Assembly (NCBI RefSeq): GCF_913775985.1
Contig: NZ_CAJYMB010000096.1
Location: forward strand, 12,609 to 36,608
DNA: 24,000 bases
Reading direction: 5' to 3'
Source: an uncultured Pluralibacter sp.
GTDB taxonomy: Bacteria > Pseudomonadota > Gammaproteobacteria > Enterobacterales > Enterobacteriaceae
Position numbers and translations under genes: made by a program
Part shown: one piece after another, positions 1 through 7,197 of the stretch
How positions within the stretch are numbered: position 1 is the first letter of the stretch
Layout of the letters: the number at the start of each line of letters is the position of its first letter
Notes under the pieces: generated by a model
Database searches by the model: none
Told to the model about the DNA's origin: nothing
What the model saw: only the letters and a program-made list of their open reading frames with translations

Positions 1-53
1 CTTTTTATCGCGTTGTGTGAGTACGCGATGTTTACCGGTCCGGGAGTCTGACG

Positions 54-1574
54 ATGACAACAAACAGCTATCTTGAGTACTTTCTTACACTGCTCGGCTG
101 GGTGATCAATAACGGCCTGTGGAACGTCCTGCTTGGCACCGGCTTATTTGTTCTGCCGCTGGCGTTTAAGGTGGTGGGGATCTGGCTGAAGGTCCGTGAA
201 GAGGGGGAGGATGAAGGTAACAAGGGGATGCTGTCACTGCCCCGTATCGAGAATGCGTTGTATGCGGGGTTCCTGGTGATGCTCGCCTGCTGTGTGCCGC
301 TGATTAACGTCAGCCTCAGCACAATGCAGTACGACACGACCCGGGCCAAAACCTGTGGCGTCTGGACGCCAAAAGCGCCGGATGAAAGCGGTTATGCCGG
401 CGTGGTCTCCAGTCTCAACGACCAGACGGCCGCGGCCCCGGTGTGGTGGGTGCTGATTCATAAACTCTCCAAAGGGATTACCCAGGCGGCCGTGGCGACC
501 ATTCCCTGCCGGCCGGACATGCGGCAAATCCGCTTTGAGGTGCAGCACACGCGCATCGATAACAAAGCGCTGGCGCAGGAGCTGCAGGACTTCACCAACG
601 ACTGTTACTCAGTCGCGCTCTATCTCTGGAAGCAGCAGGACCAGGGGCAGACAAAGGACAAAACCACGCTGCGTGATATCGAATGGATCGGCAGCAGTAC
701 CTTCCTGAGCCGGTATTATCCCTCGCTACAGTCGAAACTGCCCCGGGCAGCATTCCCGTGGAGTGACAGCCGGGACAGCGGCCGGCCCAATACCGGGAGA
801 GGCGGTTATCCCACCTGCAGCGAGTGGTGGAGCAGTGCGGATACCGGGCTGAAAGCCCGCGTGAAGGACCAGGCCGACCCCGATATGTGGCTGCGCATCT
901 CAGCCGCCATGAAAATGTCAGGCTTTAATGAGAGTGACTACCAGGAAGCCGTCATCCGTCGCCTGGTAAGCCCGGAAAGCCTGACGGTCTCACAGACCGG
1001 GCATGTGTATGCCGGCTATGGCGGTAACGCTGATTTTACCCTTGATAATGCCGCGGCGCGCGTGGCCTCTGTTGCCGGCGCTTCTCTGGGCAGTCTGGCC
1101 GCGTTTCCGGCGTTTGATGCGATGCGGCAGGCGCTGCCGATGGTGCAGGCCATCCTGCTGATGGCAGTCTACGTCATGTTACCGCTGATCCTGGCGTTTG
1201 CGGCCTATGAGTTCAAAACCGTTATTACGCTGACCTTTGTGATGTTCGCCCTGAACTTCCTGACGTTCTGGTGGGAACTGGCTCGCTGGCTCGACAGCTG
1301 GCTGCTGACTGCATTATACAGCTCAGATACTCACAGCCGGTTTAATATGGCAGGGCTGCAGAACAGTACCGATGACCTTATTATGAATCTGGTGATGGGC
1401 ACTATGTTTCTAGTACTTCCTGCCGTTTGGCTAGGCGCTTTATCATGGGCAGGAGTCAATATCGCTCAATCGCTGAGCAATGCTTTTGTAAGCGGTACGG
1501 CTGAAAGCAAAAACTCAGGAGGGAAGTTAGGCGAAGCGGGCGCAAATTTGGTTGTTAATAAAGTAGGAAAATAA
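54..1574 (+). CDS. TraG N-terminal-domain-like conjugative transfer membrane protein (GI/ICE-type T4SS component)
   Basis: 506-aa ORF with GGGAG 8 nt upstream of ATG54. It has N-terminal hydrophobic helices followed by an acidic loop (EEGEDEGNKG), a large soluble middle, and several C-terminal TM helices. From memory the N-terminus resembles TraG_N proteins of pKLC102/PFGI-1/ICEclc-type transfer modules. Confidence 0.6.
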   Translation: MTTNSYLEYFLTLLGWVINNGLWNVLLGTGLFVLPLAFKVVGIWLKVREEGEDEGNKGMLSLPRIENALYAGFLVMLACCVPLINVSLSTMQYDTTRAKTCGVWTPKAPDESGYAGVVSSLNDQTAAAPVWWVLIHKLSKGITQAAVATIPCRPDMRQIRFEVQHTRIDNKALAQELQDFTNDCYSVALYLWKQQDQGQTKDKTTLRDIEWIGSSTFLSRYYPSLQSKLPRAAFPWSDSRDSGRPNTGRGGYPTCSEWWSSADTGLKARVKDQADPDMWLRISAAMKMSGFNESDYQEAVIRRLVSPESLTVSQTGHVYAGYGGNADFTLDNAAARVASVAGASLGSLAAFPAFDAMRQALPMVQAILLMAVYVMLPLILAFAAYEFKTVITLTFVMFALNFLTFWWELARWLDSWLLTALYSSDTHSRFNMAGLQNSTDDLIMNLVMGTMFLVLPAVWLGALSWAGVNIAQSLSNAFVSGTAESKNSGGKLGEAGANLVVNKVGK

Positions 1575-1579
1575 AAGAT

Positions 1580-1611
1580 AAGACGGCGACTGATGCTTTA
1601 GTCGTCGTCTT
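1580..1611. terminator. Stem-loop between convergent genes (candidate bidirectional terminator)
   Basis: AAGACGGCGACT (1580-1591) pairs with AGTCGTCGTCTT (1600-1611), 12 bp with one G-U and an 8-nt loop. It sits right after the traG-like stop and overlaps the stop of the minus-strand ORF. The U-tract is weak. Confidence 0.45.
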
Positions 1612-1999
1612 CAAGTTTTATACCAGAAGCATACCATCCTGAACCTGCATCTCCATGAGTCCTGTATTCCATAGTTGGCTTTTGACCGGATATGGGATTG
1701 TTTTCATCCATATCCTTAGCTGTTGATGAACTAGATAAGAGAGCTGAGCCAACAAAAACTAGCCCTCCCAAAAGTAGTGCCGATCCTGCGATAACCATTC
1801 CGCAAAATATAAACGCTAAAATAATTAGAGAAAATAATAAAACCGCCGGGATATTTCCAACCCAGCCGGGCATATTATGGTTAGTGGCCCATGAGACAAG
1901 CTTATGATTCAAATTGAAGAAGTTTCTTTTTAGGAACGTCCAATAAAACGCAATACGTTCGCCTCGGCGGCTGGCTCGTTCCTCTTGGTTCAGATGCAT
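1598..1999 (-). CDS. Hypothetical small membrane protein
   Basis: 133-aa ORF with two adjacent hydrophobic helices (IPAVLLFSLIILAFIFCGMVIAGSALLLGGLVFVGSALL) and an acidic C-terminus. I recognise no family. Confidence 0.45.
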   Translation of the reverse strand: MHLNQEERASRRGERIAFYWTFLKRNFFNLNHKLVSWATNHNMPGWVGNIPAVLLFSLIILAFIFCGMVIAGSALLLGGLVFVGSALLSSSSTAKDMDENNPISGQKPTMEYRTHGDAGSGWYASGIKLEDDD

Positions 2000-2143
2000 T
2001 TTAGGCTCCTGTCCTGAGTTAGAGAATTATTGTGCGACTATAGCGGATTTTTTGAGCAATTACTAATTACTGCTTCAGTACGCAGAGCTACCTAATAAAT
2101 TCTCTAAAAATCATCAGGTTAATTTTTTCCGATGCGTTACGAC

Positions 2144-2173
2144 TTGTCATCACTAAAAATGCATCATTATACT
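2144..2173 (+). promoter_or_regulatory. Sigma70-type promoter of umuDC
   Basis: TTGTCA (2144-2149), 18-nt spacer, TATACT (2168-2173). The -10 element overlaps the LexA box. Confidence 0.6.
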
Positions 2174-2189
2174 GTTTTTATATACAGTA
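2170..2189. promoter_or_regulatory. LexA operator (SOS box)
   Basis: TACTGTTTTTATATACAGTA fits the CTGT-N8-ACAG palindrome and matches 18/20 positions of the E. coli consensus TACTGTATATATATACAGTA. It lies 20 nt upstream of the umuD ATG. Confidence 0.85.
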
Positions 2190-2208
2190 TAATTTGAGGG
2201 GGCGAACC

Positions 2209-2724
2209 ATGCCGATTCCTTTAGAACAGACGATGTGTTGGGATAAAACTTCGCAGAAAAATTCAGCCAACACACCGGTTTTGATGATGGCGGCGATCGC
2301 CAGACTTACAGGTAGCAATCCATCACTGGCATGCGTTCCGTTGTTTAGCGATGGGGTTTCATGTGGGTTCCCTTCTCCTGCTCAGGATTATGTCGAAAAA
2401 CGTCTTTCCCTTGATGACCTTTGTATTCGCTATCCGGAAAGCACCTACCTGGTGCGGGCAGAAGGTGACTCAATGCGTAACGCTGGCATCAGAGACGGAG
2501 ATTTACTTATAGTTGAATGTATTCGTGAAGCTAAACACGGTGACATTGTTATCGCAGCTGTAGATGGAGAATTTACCTGTAAGAGGCTACAACTACTGCC
2601 TTCACCAGCCTTGGTGCCGGCTAACCCGGCATATTCAGCTATAGCACTGAATGACGATATTGAAACAGTTGTCTTCGGCGTGGTACGCCATCTTGTGCAT
2701 TCATTCAAGTTCAGGGACGCTTAA
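2209..2724 (+). CDS. umuD: UmuD-like S24 peptidase, polymerase V autoproteolytic subunit
   Basis: [20 protein letters not shown] carries the Cys-Gly cleavage site, GDSM carries the catalytic Ser, and GEFTCKRLQ carries the catalytic Lys. The protein is colinear with E. coli UmuD. I chose ATG2209 (GAGGGGG RBS) over the TTG2194 start in the ORF track. Confidence 0.9.
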   Translation: MPIPLEQTMCWDKTSQKNSANTPVLMMAAIARLTGSNPSLACVPLFSDGVSCGFPSPAQDYVEKRLSLDDLCIRYPESTYLVRAEGDSMRNAGIRDGDLLIVECIREAKHGDIVIAAVDGEFTCKRLQLLPSPALVPANPAYSAIALNDDIETVVFGVVRHLVHSFKFRDA

Positions 2725-2726
2725 CA

Positions 2727-2828
2727 GTGTTCGCCCTGGTCGATGTTAACTCATTTTACGCTTCATGCGAGACAGTTTTCAGACCCGATCTCCGTGGCAA
2801 ACCTGTGGTGGTGCTGTCTAATAACGAT
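2727..2828 (+). pseudogene. umuC: umuC fragment 1 (codons 1-34), interrupted
   Basis: GTG2727 lies 2 nt after the umuD stop. Translation gives [34 protein letters not shown], matching the E. coli UmuC N-terminus [34 protein letters not shown]. Homology ends abruptly after GAT 2826-2828. Confidence 0.9.
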
Positions 2829-2853
2829 CTGAGTGGTGAGAAGTGTTAGTTAG
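2828..2853 (+). repeat. Element A left terminal inverted repeat
   Basis: TCTGAGTGGTGAGAAGTGTTAGTTAG matches the reverse complement of 6964-6989 (TCTGAATGGCACTAACAGTTAGTAAT) at 17/26 positions. Identity is strongest in the terminal 9 nt and in the GTTAGT motif. Confidence 0.65.
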
Positions 2854-3065
2854 TTTCGAGCGTTCAATTCTTCAGTTTGAAGAAATAAATGGTCAGCTAT
2901 GAGCGAGGAGCGGACATTTACTATTCATACCTGTTTAGCGCCACACTCTTTTGAGTATTCCGATTGTCCGTACATCAGTGAGTACTCTTCCGGCGTGTTT
3001 GAGAGGCGCATTCCAGATCCGAATAGCGCCTCGCTCACCGTAAAAAACTCTTTATACTCTTTTTC

Positions 3066-5462
3066 CTAAGGTGACCTTGGTGGTTCGCCAATGCTTTTTA
3101 ACAAGGAGTTGTATTGATGAGGATCTGACGCATAAATTTTATCCAATACGTAGTTTGCCACCTTGGAAATTTCTGGAATCTCCACAGGTTTGAATCCGCG
3201 ATCAGGGATTGATTCGAGATGTGAAAACTCGTTGTTAAGTCTATTCACAAGAGCTATCGCTGTCGGATCCTCTTCGCCAAAGAATTTCTTGATCCGTTCA
3301 AAGGCATCGTTCTTGTCATCATGGTGCGGGAACTTAAAGAACAGAAATGCCTCAAGGAACTTACGGAGGTTGTTACCGAATCCATAGTATGGTTCATGAG
3401 ATTCATTCGCTCCACCTTGATTACGGCACTTGTAAATCTGATGAAACAGGTAGTTGAATTCAGTGATGTAGTCTCGCAGATATGAAGGCATCAGGAAAAT
3501 CTGACTTGCCCCTCCATTTCTCTCAACAATGAAATGTTGGTATCCACCGTGATTCCTCTCATTAGGAAGTGATATTTTCTTTAGATACTTCAAGAAATCT
3601 AGGTTGTGAGTGGATATAAAAAGCTGCTTGTAGCGATAGCTGTTTGTTCGATCTGCATTCTTGATGGGTTTCGCAATCAGGCTTTCAATCAAGCTGAACA
3701 TGAAGAAAATGTGATTTCCGTCCAGGCTGGAAATCGGGTCATCTATATAAATGATCAGATCCTTACCTTTGCTTTCTGGCTCTTCCAACTTGGCCATGAA
3801 GTAGCAGAAAGCAATCAGGCTGCATTCGCCTTCGCTCAAGTTGTAGGCAGATTTACCATCTCTGCTGACTTCAAACTTAACCGAAGTATTCTCAACATTG
3901 TCTTTGGCTTCAAGCTTGATGCCGTCATGACCAAAGAAGTGGCTGAGCAACTCATTCACTCGCTCCGCGCCCTTGCGTTCATCCTTCTGCTGACCCTGTA
4001 GACGGGTCACTTCAGTTTCTTGTTCAAGAATTTCGGCTTCAGCTTCTGTAAATGCAGTGTTGGCTGTGTCAGCATCTATCTTGAGACTGGCAATACGCGC
4101 TAATTCAATATCGTAGGTGATGTCTGAGATAAAAGACGCCACATCGGATAGCCGTAGAGATTCTCGCGCAGTGCTTTTATCGTTCTCCAGCGAAATTGTC
4201 CGGCCATTATTTTTGGCGATAAGATCATTGATGTCGCCAACGCATTGCTGAATTGCAGTCGGATCATGAATATTGACAGGCATGGGAACCTGCTGAAAAA
4301 TGGCGTTCTTTCTCTTATCCAACGCCGCCTGTAGAGCTTTGAGGTCCTGGATGTAGCCTTTCAGATGTTCAGCAAGTGCTATATTGCTGGTTTCAAATAA
4401 TATTTTTTCTTCTGCGTAGAATTTATCGCCAGTCAAAGTCAAGAAGTTAGGAATAGCTTGGATTTCAGTGGCGATAGAAGTCAGACATGAATCGATACTT
4501 GACTCCAGAGCCGAGGATTCCTTACTGAAGTGAGAGTCTAATACCTGCCAGATGTCATGAGGAAGATTCTGACGACAGAATGCGCAAGTGTCCCTCTTAT
4601 CTTTATGTAGCGGTATACCTTCCTTCACCCACATCTGGAGAGCCGTCTCATTCAACAACTCCTGAATTGGCAGAGTTGGCTTAATCAATCTTGAAAGGAG
4701 TTCTTCAGCTACCTTGCTTATTGATTCGATGTTTAGGTTTATCGATACTGTATAGGTAATATCAGGTAGGGCCTCTTGCTTCAAGAGATTGACCTTGGCT
4801 GCTTGTTCTTCGGTTGTCAGAGCTGTGAAGCTAGGTTTTTTGACTGAGCCAATGTCTTTCTTGATGCTTTCTATATTGTAGACAGCAGGACCGTAGATGC
4901 GATTCTGTTTAATCTTATTGTTGGCATGAGAACGAAGTTTGCCCTCTAGAGCATCAGACGCATTTTTATGATTGTCTTTCGTCCGATCTCGCTCTTTCTT
5001 TTTAGCTTCAAGCTCATGTCGGAGGCCCGCCTTCGATTCAACACTGCCTAGTCTAGTTTGAATTGCGGTAATAGCATCTTCGATTTCTTTGTTCTTTTCA
5101 CCAACGATAGCAAACGTCTTGATCTCGCCGTCAGTCTGATTGACCAAGAAGCTTAGATTATCGCTCACAAAATCTCGGTTGTAGACCCGAACATCGTAGC
5201 CATGGCCGGCAAGGCCTACCTGTGTCACATCACCTTTGTCACCACGAATAGTGAAATTTGGGTCCACGTAGTTGTGTGGAATGCGCCCCGTTTCCAAAGC
5301 GCGGAAAATTCGCGAGAGTGTAGTTTTACCAGAGTAATTCCGTCCGTAGAGGATGTTGAGCCTCTTGAAATTCTGGACGTTGTTGCCTGCATCCTTAAGG
5401 CTATTTTTCCAACTGAGGTCCGTAAAACTACCGAAACTACCGATGTCAACCTGACTAAACAT
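3066..5462 (-). CDS. rloC: RloC/PrrC-like ABC-type ATPase with C-terminal anticodon-nuclease-like domain (AAA_13 family defence protein)
   Basis: Walker A is GRNYSGKTT, the signature-like motif is LSEGE, Walker B/D-loop is LIIYIDDPISSLD, and the H-loop is FISTHN. The ATPase head is split by about 400 aa of coiled-coil-like sequence carrying a CxxC (DTCAFCRQNL), like a Rad50/RloC zinc hook. The C-terminus has R-x3-E (NLRKFLEAF) followed by a His (NEFSHLE), like the PrrC/RloC nuclease triad. ATG5462 has GGGGAG 5 nt upstream, so I prefer it to the GTG5468 start in the ORF track. Confidence 0.7.
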   Translation of the reverse strand: MFSQVDIGSFGSFTDLSWKNSLKDAGNNVQNFKRLNILYGRNYSGKTTLSRIFRALETGRIPHNYVDPNFTIRGDKGDVTQVGLAGHGYDVRVYNRDFVSDNLSFLVNQTDGEIKTFAIVGEKNKEIEDAITAIQTRLGSVESKAGLRHELEAKKKERDRTKDNHKNASDALEGKLRSHANNKIKQNRIYGPAVYNIESIKKDIGSVKKPSFTALTTEEQAAKVNLLKQEALPDITYTVSINLNIESISKVAEELLSRLIKPTLPIQELLNETALQMWVKEGIPLHKDKRDTCAFCRQNLPHDIWQVLDSHFSKESSALESSIDSCLTSIATEIQAIPNFLTLTGDKFYAEEKILFETSNIALAEHLKGYIQDLKALQAALDKRKNAIFQQVPMPVNIHDPTAIQQCVGDINDLIAKNNGRTISLENDKSTARESLRLSDVASFISDITYDIELARIASLKIDADTANTAFTEAEAEILEQETEVTRLQGQQKDERKGAERVNELLSHFFGHDGIKLEAKDNVENTSVKFEVSRDGKSAYNLSEGECSLIAFCYFMAKLEEPESKGKDLIIYIDDPISSLDGNHIFFMFSLIESLIAKPIKNADRTNSYRYKQLFISTHNLDFLKYLKKISLPNERNHGGYQHFIVERNGGASQIFLMPSYLRDYITEFNYLFHQIYKCRNQGGANESHEPYYGFGNNLRKFLEAFLFFKFPHHDDKNDAFERIKKFFGEEDPTAIALVNRLNNEFSHLESIPDRGFKPVEIPEISKVANYVLDKIYASDPHQYNSLLKSIGEPPRSP

Positions 5463-5838
5463 GAACACTCCCCTAGCGCTGGCTATAGGTTGCCAATTTG
5501 CAATTGAAACAGATTGTTAATCTAGTCTACTCTGAGTTTAAGGAATGTTTGAATAGGTTATTGATACATTTGATGAATAATTTTATGAACTGAAATTCAA
5601 CACCCATCTAAATGCCCCTCAAAAAGTTCATAGGTTGAGGTTGGGTAATGAAGCTGGGACCTGCTCCCACCAGGTTGAAGAACATAGAACGTTAGCTATG
5701 TCCGCTCTTGGTCCAAAGGGGAATGGCATGGAGCTGAAGTCCGCTATGAGCGAACAGCAGACGTTGACTGATGACTACTCAGTGAATTCATCGTTATTGA
5801 GCATACCCTCCCGGCAACGAACTCAATCTCAATCGTTC

Positions 5839-6348
5839 TCAGACAGCTAGCGCTAGTTGTTGATGACGCTCTATAAATTTCGCTTTGAGGGCGCTATAGC
5901 GATGAGCATCGCTCCTGCTGACTAATACAGCTGCGTGTTTTATCTCAGCATACTCTTCTGCAATGTCTTTATTTCTTCGAAGATAATCACGGAAAGCAAG
6001 ATGTCTCAATACCTGCATATCTCCGACTGCAAACGCATGGACTTGATGACTACGCTGATCACCACCTTTAATGAAATATCTGCGCCCCGCAATCCCGTTC
6101 TCACCGCGAGCAACATACCCGGCGTGGGCCATTGCTGAATGGTACTTATCCAGTTCATTGATGTCGGAAACTTCAAGTAGCATATCAATTACGGGCTTTG
6201 CTGAGAGACCATGAACTGACGTGCTTCCAATATGATGGACATGCTTAGCCATTCCACCGAGCAATGTTTTTATCAGTAAACTTTCAGCTTCAAACATCTC
6301 AGGCCATCTATCATCGTATGGCACAATAATAATCTTACGCATAAACAC
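5839..6348 (-). CDS. GrpB-family (UPF0157) nucleotidyltransferase-fold protein
   Basis: Recognisable by IVPYDDRWPEMFEAE, HIGSTSVHGLSAKPVIDMLLEV (NTase G-S...D motif), RHLAFRDYLR and AEEYAxxK. The start is either GTG6348 or ATG6342. Confidence 0.7.
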   Translation of the reverse strand: MFMRKIIIVPYDDRWPEMFEAESLLIKTLLGGMAKHVHHIGSTSVHGLSAKPVIDMLLEVSDINELDKYHSAMAHAGYVARGENGIAGRRYFIKGGDQRSHQVHAFAVGDMQVLRHLAFRDYLRRNKDIAEEYAEIKHAAVLVSRSDAHRYSALKAKFIERHQQLALAV

Positions 6349-6373
6349 ATTCTCTCTGTCCTAAGTGTGCAAC

Positions 6374-6742
6374 TCAACCCTGAACCCCGGCATTGCCTGC
6401 AGCCGGCGTTGCTTGGTGAAAAAACAGAGTCCACTGGCCCTCATCCGAACAAATCCAGCAAGAGGAACGTAATGCATGATGGCTGCCATCAGCGTAAAAC
6501 GTCCGATAGTGAAGCAGAGCGTAACCGCAGCCCATCTCCGTAAGACGGAAATCGCTGCTGAGAATATAAGGTGCAGCCTTTTCACTTAGCAGCGACGCAA
6601 TGGTCTCTGACCGGTCGACCGTCACACCTGACCGGGTGATTTCACGGAATTCAGGATGAAGAATCAGTTCCAGCCACTCCGGATCATTGCGCCTGTCGCC
6701 GTGAAGGCTGCACTCAAGCAGTCTGAGCTTCTCCAGAAGCAT
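6374..6742 (-). CDS. NTF2-like / DUF4440-type small protein
   Basis: About 122 aa from ATG6742 (the ORF track extends to 6787). The sequence LLEKLRLLECSLH...PEWLELILHPEFREITRSGVTVDRSETI...WTLFFHQATP is typical of SnoaL/DUF4440-fold proteins. It ends 25 nt upstream of the grpB-like gene on the same strand. Confidence 0.55.
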   Translation of the reverse strand: MLLEKLRLLECSLHGDRRNDPEWLELILHPEFREITRSGVTVDRSETIASLLSEKAAPYILSSDFRLTEMGCGYALLHYRTFYADGSHHALRSSCWICSDEGQWTLFFHQATPAAGNAGVQG

Positions 6743-6963
6743 TATGCTTATCCTAAAGTGATTAAGCCGGACGTTCAAATTTACCATAACAGTTCATGCG
6801 CTACTTCCGCTTCTGGCACACTACGGACGGTGACTGATCATTTCCTTTTGAAGATGCTTCTCATCGGATGCGCTCTAAAAGTTGCTAACTGATGTAGCCC
6901 TCCGGGTCTTAACACACAGAAAAAGTTAGTAATTCAATACTCATGAAAATCATGTCGTTACAT

Positions 6964-6989
6964 ATTACTAACTGTTAGTGCCATTCAGA
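6964..6989 (-). repeat. Element A right terminal inverted repeat
   Basis: ATTACTAACTGTTAGTGCCATTCAGA is the partner of 2828-2853. GTTAGT motifs also occur at 6924-6929 and, inverted, at 6967-6972. Confidence 0.65.
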
Positions 6990-6998
6990 TACAATGAT

Positions 6999-7126
6999 GG
7001 CTGCATAATAGCCCGCTCCTCAGTAGCAAAATCACTTGGGTTAAAAATGGGCGATCCCTGGTTTAAGGTTGGTCGTGAGGCTGAGAGAAAGGGAGTTGTA
7101 GCATTTTCAAGTAATTACAGCTTATA
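6999..7126 (+). pseudogene. umuC: umuC fragment 2 (codons 35-76 plus 2 nt of codon 77)
   Basis: Translation gives GCIIARSSVAKSLGLKMGDPWFKVGREAERKGVVAFSSNYSL, matching E. coli GCVIARNAEAKALGVKMGDPWFKQKDLFRRCGVVCFSSNYEL. It is flanked on both sides by unrelated sequence. Confidence 0.9.
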
Positions 7127-7131
7127 GTAAG

Positions 7132-7146
7132 TTAAGTGGAATGCAA
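7132..7146 (+). repeat. Element B left terminal inverted repeat
   Basis: TTAAGTGGAATGCAA matches the reverse complement of 18095-18109 (TTATGTGGAATGCAA) at 14/15 positions. Confidence 0.8.
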
Positions 7147-7197
7147 CATTGAGTGAGTAAACTTTGAGCAGCGATATTGCTGTCAGAGGAGAACACG

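Larger units (their letters stand above)
2829..6998. mobile_element. Element A: about 4.17-kb IR-bounded insertion in umuC with no recombinase gene (cargo rloC-like, grpB-like, NTF2-like)
   Basis: It separates umuC codon 34 from codon 35 exactly. It has 26-bp imperfect terminal inverted repeats and is visibly more AT-rich than its flanks. An imperfect 9-bp direct repeat flanks it (AATAACGAT at 2820-2828, TACAATGAT at 6990-6998). Confidence 0.75.

Noticed and set aside
1-51. Open frame LFIALCEYAMFTGPGV* ending at TGA 49-51, possibly the C-terminal end of an upstream transfer gene.
   Set aside because: Only 16 codons are visible, too little to support a feature call.
68-548. Antisense ORFs 68-349 and 234-548 inside the traG-like gene.
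   Set aside because: They are shadow ORFs with no RBS and Arg/Pro-rich low-complexity products. The plus-strand ORF has coherent membrane-protein features.
2880-2960. Integron attC / gene-cassette interpretation of the repeated blocks flanking rloC.
   Set aside because: No paired RYYYAAC...GTTRRRY core sites are present, the blocks lack the imperfect palindrome of an attC, and there is no intI or attI in the window.
5635-5850. 71-aa ORF in the rloC-grpB intergenic region.
   Set aside because: It uses a TTG start, has no RBS and no recognisable family, and overlaps the repeat blocks. It is more likely non-coding or a gene remnant.
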